DNA of 64,000 nucleotides from a virus (Duplodnaviria; Caudoviricetes): IMG/VR virus record IMGVR_UViG_2740892352_000003, positions 1 to 64,000 of that record; one strand, 5' to 3'. Shown piece by piece: positions 30,350 to 37,980 of this stretch (position 1 is its first letter; each line of letters starts with the position of its first letter). The notes under the pieces were generated by a model. It saw only the letters and a program-made list of their open reading frames with translations, ran no database searches and was not told where the DNA came from. The position numbers and the translations under genes were made by a program.

Positions 30350-30369
30350 TTAGGAAGGAGAATATTAGA

Positions 30370-30846
30370 ATGGCTAAAAATATTACTATGAAGTCAAAAG
30401 ATGCAATAAGTGCATCTTTGGCAGAATGCTATGTTACCATTGAAGGTAAAAGATACCTTCTTATGCAGTGTATCAAGGTAGAGGCTAAATTTAAGAAGAA
30501 TAAAAGTAAGATACCAATTTTAGGGCAAACAGGAAAAGGAAACAAAACTACTGGATGGGAAGGCACAGGAAGTGCAACTGTTCATTATAATACTTCTATC
30601 TTTAGAAAACTTATGCTTAGATATAAGGAAACTGGAGAAGATATATATTTCGATATGCAAATTACTAATGAAGACCCAACAAGTTCAGTAGGTCGTCAAA
30701 CTATTATATTAAAAGATTGCAATATGGATGAGGTTACATTAGCTAAATTTGATGCAGATAGTGAATATTTAGATGAGGATATAGATTTTACTTTTGATGA
30801 TTGGGATATGCCAGAAGAATTTAAAATTTTATTAGGTATGATATAG
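30370..30846 (+). CDS. Tail tube protein (XkdM-like)
   Basis: YFDMQITNEDPTSSVGRQT. Confidence 0.93.
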   Translation: MAKNITMKSKDAISASLAECYVTIEGKRYLLMQCIKVEAKFKKNKSKIPILGQTGKGNKTTGWEGTGSATVHYNTSIFRKLMLRYKETGEDIYFDMQITNEDPTSSVGRQTIILKDCNMDEVTLAKFDADSEYLDEDIDFTFDDWDMPEEFKILLGMI

Positions 30847-30914
30847 AATACACATTTATAAATTATAGATGTGTGTTTTTTATGTAAAAATTAAAATAAA
30901 AGGAGAATTAAGAA

Positions 30915-31355
30915 ATGAGTAATTTAAGTGCTTTTTTAAGTCAAAATGCAATAAAAAATGAGAATGTAATGTATGTGGCAAGCGATAGATTTTTAGACGA
31001 AGGAGGAAAGCCAGTTGAATGGGAATTAAGAGTTTTATCTTCTGAGGAAGATGAAGTATTAAGAAGAAACTGTACCAAAAGAGTGAAAGTGATTGGCAAT
31101 AATGGGAAGCCAACAGGTCAATTCACAAGTGAAATTGACTACAATAGTTATGTAGCAGAGTTATGTGTAGCATCTACAGTATTTCCAGATTTAAAGGATG
31201 CCGAACTCCAAAATAGTTATGGAGTGATGGGAGAAGCTCAGTTATTAAAAACAATGCTTACAGCAGGTGAGTATGTAAATTATACAGTAAAAGTTAACGA
31301 AGTTAATGGATTTGATACAACATTTGAAGATAAAGTAGAAGAAGCAAAAAACTAA
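30915..31355 (+). CDS. Tail assembly chaperone (XkdN-like)
   Basis: FPDLKDAELQNSYGV; ends in slippery A AAA AAC. Confidence 0.9.
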   Translation: MSNLSAFLSQNAIKNENVMYVASDRFLDEGGKPVEWELRVLSSEEDEVLRRNCTKRVKVIGNNGKPTGQFTSEIDYNSYVAELCVASTVFPDLKDAELQNSYGVMGEAQLLKTMLTAGEYVNYTVKVNEVNGFDTTFEDKVEEAKN

Positions 31356-31549
31356 TTAGGGGCGGTGATTTTGATGCTAGCATCACTCATTATTGTATCC
31401 AAAAATTAAAGTGGAAACCTAGTGAATATATGAATTTAGAAGTTAATGAGAGAGCATTAGCAGCCGCCTCAATACTTGTTAAGATAGAGGATGAAGAGGA
31501 AGCAATGAAAGAAGCTGAAAGAGAAAGAAAAAGAGGTAGAAGAAGATAG
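31346..31549 (+). CDS. -1 frameshift extension of tail chaperone (gpGT-like)
   Basis: Slippery heptamer 31346-31352; -1 frame open KLIRGGDFDASITHYC...RGRRR to TAG 31549. Confidence 0.75.
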   Translation, partial: KKLIRGGDFDASITHYCIQKLKWKPSEYMNLEVNERALAAASILVKIEDEEEAMKEAERERKRGRRR

Positions 31550-31696
31550 AAAAATATAAAATAAATGTATAGTAGGTAAAATATGTAAGAATTATATGTT
31601 ATAATATTTTTAGCAAGAAGATGTAATCTACAATTTATAGAGTGGAGTTCATACAAAAGATTATCCTCCCAACGTATAGAAGGGAGGTGAGTATGT

Positions 31697-31855
31697 ATGG
31701 ATAATTTTTTACAAGGTGTACTAGCAAGTTTAGTTGCCAGTTTAATAGTTTACTTAACTAGTAAGTTATTTAAAAAAGTAAAAAGCCACTCAAACACGAC
31801 TAAGAGTGACTTTGATTTTAAACTTACAATCAAGTTTAAAAGAAATAAACATTAA
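31697..31855 (+). CDS. Type I TA toxin (CD2517.1/CD0956.2-like), 52 aa
   Basis: GGGAGGTG RBS; MDNFLQGVLASLVASLIVYLTSKLFKKVKSHS...; TGTTATAAT promoter ~31598. Confidence 0.85.
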   Translation: MDNFLQGVLASLVASLIVYLTSKLFKKVKSHSNTTKSDFDFKLTIKFKRNKH

Positions 31856-31900
31856 TTTTTAGAACTTCACTCTAGTTTCAAATAGATTGTAGTTCTTCTT
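31775..31900 (-). ncRNA. Antisense antitoxin RNA (RCd-like)
   Basis: Minus-strand TGGTATAAT at 31907-31915; predicted start AAGAAGAACT; terminator hairpin inside toxin ORF; ends approximate. Confidence 0.7.
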
Positions 31901-32313
31901 GCTTTTATTATACCACAAATTAGAAAAAATATTGCCTATAATATTTTTATAGTCAATAAAAAGATGAAATTTTTATAACAAATAATAAAAACTTTATTAT
32001 AAAACTATTAATTTGCAAGGTATCTATAAATGAGTAGATATTTTTTTACTTATATAAAATATTTGAAATGATAGCATATTCCTGTTTTGGGAACGTGGTT
32101 AAAACTCAAACTATATTACTAGTATTATATTAAATATTTAGCATCAAAATTAAATAAAGAAAAGAAAGCACTTACTTTTTGGTGGGTGCTTTTGTTTTGC
32201 TCAAATTTGGTCGGTTGGGTAAAATAATTAGAAAAAAATGTTAAAAAACTCTTGATTTATTGTACGTACTATATTATAATTTAAGTACGGACAATAAAAA
32301 GAGAGGTGATAAG

Positions 32314-32496
32314 ATGTCCAGTAAATTAGGCAGACCGCCAAAAAAAGACTCTAAAAAACTGAGATTTGAAGTTAGACTTAATCAAGAACAAGCTGATATA
32401 TTAAATGAGTGTGCTGAAAATCTTAAAATATCTAAAACAGATGTTGTAATTAGAGGAATTGAATTGGTGAAAGAGAAGCTTGACAAAAACAAATAA
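32314..32496 (+). CDS. Small RHH/CopG-like regulator
   Basis: KLGRPPK..FEVRL...ISKTDVVIRGI; 14-bp inverted repeat 32257-32270/32284-32297 over its promoter. Confidence 0.75.
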   Translation: MSSKLGRPPKKDSKKLRFEVRLNQEQADILNECAENLKISKTDVVIRGIELVKEKLDKNK

Positions 32497-32616
32497 AAAA
32501 CAGCCGCTGCACCGACCAAAGCACTTGCGACTGTTTCCCAAAGAAGTTACCTTCTATGAAATATATTCTATCATAGTAAGGTACTTCTTACAATCAAATT
32601 TAAGGAGGAATTTACT

Positions 32617-33429
32617 ATGAATGAAATAATGAATTTTGAAGGAAAAGACATAGAGGTATTCGAATTTGAAGGGCAAATTTTATTTAATCCAAAGCACGTG
32701 GCAGAGTGTTTAGATATTTCAGATGTGAACAGTAGTATTAGAAAATTTAATGATAATCAAGTAGTTAAGTTGACTAATTCTAAAATGCATAATATGCAGT
32801 TTAGAAAATTGCATAATACAGGAGAAAATTTTCTAACTGAGAGTGGTGTTTATAAACTTATATTTAAATCTAAAAAAGAAGAAGCTGAGAGATTCCAAGA
32901 CTGGATAAGTGATGAAGTACTTCCAGCCATTCGACAAACTGGTTCATACATAACTAACAATGCCAACCCCGAAAAACTAAGAGAAAAAGCAAGCGAAATT
33001 GAAAAGTTACAACTGGCTTATAATAGTACATCTATGTTGAAAGAACTATTAGATGGTGCAGGCTTTGACAACAAATCTAAACTATTAACAGCAAAGACAT
33101 TGTACAAGAAAGCAGGCATTGATTTACCTATAGAAATTGAAGAAGAGGAATCTTTCTTTGACACAAAACAAATAGCATCTAAACTGAAAATATATTCTAA
33201 GAGTAATAAACCAGCACAGTTGGCTGTTTGTGAGATTATTAAAAAGATTGATTTAGAAGAAAACGAAGTAAAAGGCGTTTGGGAGACTAATGGTTCTTGG
33301 ACTGGTACTGTAAATAAGTATACAAAGAGTGTAATAGATAAGGTGAGAGATTGGATAGAGGAGAATAATAGACCTACTAAGATTGCAGGTGAGAAGAAGA
33401 ATTTCCATGTTGTATATAAGATTGAGTAA
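32617..33429 (+). CDS. BRO-N antirepressor
   Basis: FLTESGVYKLIFKS.K.EAERFQDWISDEVLPAIRQTGSY. Confidence 0.9.
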   Translation: MNEIMNFEGKDIEVFEFEGQILFNPKHVAECLDISDVNSSIRKFNDNQVVKLTNSKMHNMQFRKLHNTGENFLTESGVYKLIFKSKKEEAERFQDWISDEVLPAIRQTGSYITNNANPEKLREKASEIEKLQLAYNSTSMLKELLDGAGFDNKSKLLTAKTLYKKAGIDLPIEIEEEESFFDTKQIASKLKIYSKSNKPAQLAVCEIIKKIDLEENEVKGVWETNGSWTGTVNKYTKSVIDKVRDWIEENNRPTKIAGEKKNFHVVYKIE

Positions 33430-33488
33430 ATTTGATTGTATTAAATAATATATTTTAGTTTATTTTAGTTTTGAGGGGGATTAATACA

Positions 33489-33641
33489 ATGTATGAGAAT
33501 TTACTTGATATGGATAGAATAGAACTTATTAGAGAACTTGGAAGTATCTTTGAAAAAATGAAAAATGAAAATCCAGATGAATTTTATAAATTTGTAAGTT
33601 TAGTGAAAGAAGAATGTAGGAAAAAAAGAGAAAGAGAATAA
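33489..33641 (+). CDS. Small hypothetical protein (50 aa)
   Basis: GAGGGGG RBS; MYENLLDMDRIELIRELG...; hairpin follows. Confidence 0.6.
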   Translation: MYENLLDMDRIELIRELGSIFEKMKNENPDEFYKFVSLVKEECRKKRERE

Positions 33642-33695
33642 ATAATATAGATAAAGCACTTATAAGTACATAAAAGTGCTTTATCTTCCAAAATA

Positions 33696-33704
33696 TGCTA
33701 TAAT
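33696..33704 (+). promoter_or_regulatory. Extended -10 promoter for tracrRNA-like copy A / array 1
   Basis: Perfect TGCTATAAT just upstream of conserved RNA block. Confidence 0.65.
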
Positions 33705-33717
33705 TGTAGTATCAAAT

Positions 33718-33865
33718 ATATAGGGTGATTACGCATCCTAAGTGTGAGATTATCCCAAGTAATTGGGGTTGATACTCACAAAGATAATTACTGAGTGTAG
33801 TGATTATCACCGTCCCAATAAATATTGGGTAAAAACATCTGAAATTTAAAAACACTTGGGATAAA
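33718..33865 (+). ncRNA. tracrRNA-like RNA, copy A
   Basis: Homologous to 35789-35938; four hairpins with covariation; anti-repeat segments TAAAAACATCT (33830-33840) and ATTTAAAAACA (33844-33854). Confidence 0.8.
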
Positions 33866-33934
33866 ACTTATGGACATAAGTAATTGCAATAATTTTAATG
33901 ATTTATGTTGTGCAAAAATGTGTATTTTACAGTA

Positions 33935-34361
33935 CTTTAAGAGTAACATAGGATGTTTTTAAATTTTTTTGGCACCCCCCATATTGGGATATAATAAAAT
34001 CTTTAAGAGTAACATAGGATGTTTTTAAATTTTGTATTAATGCTCAGCATCCCTGTAGGAGTCCATACTTTAAGAGTAACATAGGATGTTTTTAAATAAA
34101 TCTATAGTAGTCTCTTTTATTTCCATAACTCTTCTTTAAGAGTAACATAGGATGTTTTTAAATTTATTCATAACAGTATCTAATTTCATTGATGCAACAC
34201 CTTTAAGAGTAACATAGGATGTTTTTAAATTAAACTTCATTAAACAAAGAACCATCTATACAATGCTTTAAGAGTAACATAGGATGTTTTTAAATAATGT
34301 TATAGCCAATATACTCTCTCCTTATTTATATCTTTAAGAGTAACATAGGATGTTTTATAAA
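33935..34361 (+). CRISPR. CRISPR array 1: 7 repeats CTTTAAGAGTAACATAGGATGTTTTTAAAT, 6 spacers (35-37 nt)
   Basis: Repeats at 33935, 34001, 34068, 34134, 34201, 34266 and degenerate 34332. Confidence 0.97.
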
Positions 34362-34383
34362 ATTATAAAAGGAGGTGTTAAAG

Positions 34384-35769
34384 ATGATAAGTACAAGAAA
34401 AATAAAAGTAAGATGTGATGATAGTACATTTTATACATTCTTTAGGCAAGAACAAAGAGAACAAAATAAAGCTCTAAATATTGGTATAGGTATAATACAT
34501 GCTAATGCAGTATTACATAATGTAGACAGTGGAGCAGAAAAGAAACTAAAGAAAAGTATAGAAGGATTACAAGGTAAAATTGATAAACTTAATAAAGACT
34601 TAGAAAAAGAGAAGATAACTGATAAAAAGAAAGAGGAAGTATTAAAAGCGATTGAAACTAATAAAAAGATATTAGATGGAGAGAAGAAGGCTTTTAAAGA
34701 ATCAGAAGAATACAGAAAAGGAATAGATGAACTTTTCAAAAATACATACTTAAAATCTAATACATTAGACCATGTTTTAGATAGTATGGTTAATATTCAG
34801 TACAAAAGAACTTTAAGCCTAGTTACACAAAGGATTAAAAAAGACTATAGTAATGATTTTGTAGGAATTATAACAGGACAACAAAGTTTAAGAAACTATA
34901 GAAATGATAATCCGCTAATGATTAGTAATCAACAACTTAATTTCAAATATATAGATGATACTTTTTATTTGGATATTATGTGTGGATATAGGTTAGAGGT
35001 TGTTTTAGGTAAAAGGGATAATGAGAATGTAAATGAACTTAAATCAACTTTAGAGAAGGTTATAAGTAAAGAATATAAGGTTTGTGATAGTTCTATGCAG
35101 TTTGCTAAAAACAATAAAGATATAATATTAAATCTAGTTATAGACATTCCTCAAAACTCTAATGTATATAAACCAGTAGAAGGCAGAACCTTAGGTGTTG
35201 ATTTAGGTATAGCAGTTCCAATTTATATGTGTTTAAATGATGATACATACAAAAGAAAAGGTCTTGGTGACATTAATAACTTCTTAAGAGTCAGACAACA
35301 GATGCAAACTAGAAGAAGAAAACTTCAAAAAGACTTAACTCTTACAAATGGAGGAAAGGGTCGTAAAAAGAAAACTCAATTACTTGATAAACTACAAGAA
35401 AATGAAAGAAACTTTGTAAAAACATATTCTCATGCACTAAGTAAAAGAGTAGTAGAATTTGCTAAAAGTAATAAGTGTGAATATATAAACATAGAGAAAT
35501 TAACTAAAGATGGATTTGATAATATTATCTTAAGAAACTGGTCATATTTTGAATTGCAGAAAATGATTGAGTATAAAGCTGAAAGAGAAGGAATTGCTGT
35601 AAGATATGTAAATCCGGCATATACAAGTCAGAAGTGTTCAAGATGTGGTGAGATAGACAAGGAAAATAGACAGACACAAGCAAATTTTAAATGTACTAAA
35701 TGTGGATTTGAACTCAATGCAGACCATAATGCAGCTATAAATATAGCCAGAAGTATAGAATTTGTATAA
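34384..35769 (+). CDS. cas12f1: Type V-F effector Cas12f1-like (TnpB superfamily), 461 aa, RuvC intact
   Basis: AGGAGG RBS, ATG 34384; RuvC-I GVDLG, RuvC-II INIEKL, Zn ribbon CSRC/CTKC, RuvC-III NADHNAAINIA; GGKGRKKK and LRNWSY Cas12f1-type motifs; flanked by arrays; no TnpA. Confidence 0.88.
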   Translation: MISTRKIKVRCDDSTFYTFFRQEQREQNKALNIGIGIIHANAVLHNVDSGAEKKLKKSIEGLQGKIDKLNKDLEKEKITDKKKEEVLKAIETNKKILDGEKKAFKESEEYRKGIDELFKNTYLKSNTLDHVLDSMVNIQYKRTLSLVTQRIKKDYSNDFVGIITGQQSLRNYRNDNPLMISNQQLNFKYIDDTFYLDIMCGYRLEVVLGKRDNENVNELKSTLEKVISKEYKVCDSSMQFAKNNKDIILNLVIDIPQNSNVYKPVEGRTLGVDLGIAVPIYMCLNDDTYKRKGLGDINNFLRVRQQMQTRRRKLQKDLTLTNGGKGRKKKTQLLDKLQENERNFVKTYSHALSKRVVEFAKSNKCEYINIEKLTKDGFDNIILRNWSYFELQKMIEYKAEREGIAVRYVNPAYTSQKCSRCGEIDKENRQTQANFKCTKCGFELNADHNAAINIARSIEFV

Positions 35770-35788
35770 TTAAATAGATATAATATAA

Positions 35789-35938
35789 ATATAGGGTGAT
35801 TACGCATCCTAAATGTGAGGTAATCCCAAGTGATTTGGGATAGGCACTCGCAAAGATAGTTGTTAAATGTAGCAATTATCATCGTCCTAGCGAATCGCTA
35901 GGTAAAAACATCTGAAATTTAAAAACACTTGGGATAAA
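35789..35938 (+). ncRNA. tracrRNA-like RNA, copy B
   Basis: TATAAT at 35779-35784; same fold as copy A; anti-repeats 35903-35913 and 35917-35927. Confidence 0.82.
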
Positions 35939-36007
35939 TTTGATTAATGTTAGTATTTACAATGGTTATGTTGTTTTATTTTATTTAAGAATGTGCATTT
36001 TTAAGTG

Positions 36008-37026
36008 GTTGAAGAATAACATGAGATGTTTTTAAATTAAGTCATATATCCTTTTACCTTCTGCTTTACAATAGTTGAAGAATAACATGAGATGTTTTTA
36101 AATTCAACAACATAGCTATATCCTTTGAACTTAGATGTAGTTGAAGAATAACATGAGATGTTTTTAAATTAATATTCTTTAACTTGCTCTGGTGCAGTTT
36201 CATACGTTGAAGAATAACATGAGATGTTTTTAAATCTTAGCTTCACTTTCTGCAAGTCAAGCTTTTAGAAGTTGAAGAATAACATGAGATGTTTTTAAAT
36301 TTATTTCCTATAGCTTTAGATGTGCAATATACTCCCGTTGAAGAATAACATGAGATGTTTTTAAATCTTAATAGTATCTTGTTTTGACTTTAAATCAAGA
36401 TGTTGAAGAATAACATGAGATGTTTTTAAATTTGAGTATATTTTGATATTAAGAAAAGATAATCCTCTTGTTGAAGAATAACATGAGATGTTTTTAAATT
36501 ATTTAAAGGAGATGATGATTTGATAGAAAAACAATTGTTGAAGAATAACATGAGATGTTTTTAAATATATTGCTTAAATGATTATATCCTATACCAACTC
36601 GTTGAAGAATAACATGAGATGTTTTTAAATTTTAAAGATGCTATGTATGTAGCATCTAATTTAGAAAGTTGAAGAATAACATGAGATGTTTTTAAATGTA
36701 TAAAATTGATGATGATATTAGGTTCATTGAAGGTTGAAGAATAACATGAGATGTTTTTAAATTGATCCATGAAATATTTCCTGATGAGGATAATCTTTGT
36801 TGAAGAATAACATGAGATGTTTTTAAATCACACACCTTTAGTTAACCAAACCATTCTACTTCCGGTTGAAGAATAACATGAGATGTTTTTAAATTGTATT
36901 TAAATGAGTTGTAAAATGTCTTTTAATATAGTTGAAGAATAACATGAGATGTTTTTAAATTCTACTATCGCAAAGTCAATATTACGACCCTCTTTGGTTG
37001 AAGAATAACATGGGATGTAAAAATAA
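36008..37026 (+). CRISPR. CRISPR array 2: 16 repeats GTTGAAGAATAACATGAGATGTTTTTAAAT, 15 spacers (34-38 nt)
   Basis: 15 identical repeats from 36008 to 36931 plus degenerate terminal repeat at 36997; terminator follows. Confidence 0.98.
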
Positions 37027-37036
37027 ATATTTATAT

Positions 37037-37068
37037 AAAACACTTACTTAAAGAGTAGGTGTTTTTTT
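37037..37068 (+). terminator. Rho-independent terminator after array 2
   Basis: AAAACACTTACT-TAAAG-AGTAGGTGTTTT + T-run. Confidence 0.8.
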
Positions 37069-37149
37069 ATCGAAAGGATGTGATAATAATGTAAAAATTT
37101 TACTTATATAGTATAATAATCCTATAAAATATTATATGGGGGAATTATT

Positions 37150-37914
37150 ATGGGGTTATTTGGAAAAGAGAATTGTTGTATTTGTGGAGAAAAAGGGAAA
37201 CAAAAAATAGCTGATGGGTTTTTGTGTAAAGAGTGTTTTAAGAAATATGCAGTTGCCACCTTTACCCCAGGAAATAATTTATATGGATTGCCAACTAAAC
37301 TAGAAGTCGAGAGAGCTATTGAATCAAAGGATACTAAAGAAGAAGAACTTAAAAATTTTAATCCTACAAAAAAAATATTAAAACTTATAGAATTTGATGA
37401 TGATAATAAGAAATTTATTGTTTTAAATGGATTTAATAGAGAAAAAGTGAGTTTAAATGTTTATAATTACAGTGATGTTATAGAATATGAACTTTTGGAA
37501 AATGGTGAAACTGTGACTAAAGGTGGGATAGGAAGAGCTTTAGCAGGAGGAGTTTTATTTGGAGGAGTAGGTGCTGTTGTTGGTGGAGTAACAGCTAAAA
37601 GAAAAACAAAAGCTTTTATAGATAGTCTTAAGATAAAAATAACCTTAAATAATTTAAGTAATCCTAGTGTTTATGTAAATTTGATACAATTAAGAACTAA
37701 GAGTAATTCTTCGATTTATAAAATGGCATATTCTTCTGCACAAGAAATATTATCTATTTTATCAATAATTGTAAAAGATAATGAAGATGGGAATCTACAA
37801 GATAAGCCAGATGATGCAATACAACAGGTAAAGGGATTAAAAGAATTATTAGACTTAGGAGCAATAACAGAAGAAGAATTTAATACTAAGAAAAAAGAAT
37901 TATTAAATTTGTAA
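37150..37914 (+). CDS. DUF4428-like Zn-ribbon / SHOCT-domain moron protein
   Basis: CCICG...CKEC N-terminus, Gly-rich hydrophobic segment, LKELLDLGAITEEEFNTKKKELL SHOCT; own promoter and terminator. Confidence 0.8.
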   Translation: MGLFGKENCCICGEKGKQKIADGFLCKECFKKYAVATFTPGNNLYGLPTKLEVERAIESKDTKEEELKNFNPTKKILKLIEFDDDNKKFIVLNGFNREKVSLNVYNYSDVIEYELLENGETVTKGGIGRALAGGVLFGGVGAVVGGVTAKRKTKAFIDSLKIKITLNNLSNPSVYVNLIQLRTKSNSSIYKMAYSSAQEILSILSIIVKDNEDGNLQDKPDDAIQQVKGLKELLDLGAITEEEFNTKKKELLNL

Positions 37915-37980
37915 TATTACAAAGCACTTACTTAGGTAGGTGTTTTTTTATGTAAGAATTTTAGAAAGGAGAGTGAAAAT

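Noticed and set aside
34296-34331. Array-1 spacer 6 similarity to the tail-fibre start (~45314-45326)
   Set aside because: Only a 13-nt AT-rich match (TATATTGGCTATA); plausible by chance.
34375-35769. Calling the RuvC protein an IS200/IS605/IS607 TnpB transposon gene
   Set aside because: No TnpA or serine recombinase and no recognisable IS ends; flanked by CRISPR arrays and anti-repeat RNAs. The track's GTG start overlaps the RBS, so ATG 34384 is preferred.
36631-36667. Array-2 spacer 10 resemblance to xkdN (MYVAS) and its internal palindrome
   Set aside because: About 12 nt of similarity only; not a credible protospacer.
36582-36770. Track ORFs over array 2 and over the tracr region (35628-35882)
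   Set aside because: Artefacts of reading through repeats or antisense to cas12f; no RBS.
33935-37026. Canonical C. difficile type I-B orphan arrays
   Set aside because: Repeats differ from the GTTTTATATTAACT...GTAAAT consensus as recalled, and they have dedicated anti-repeat RNAs and an effector.
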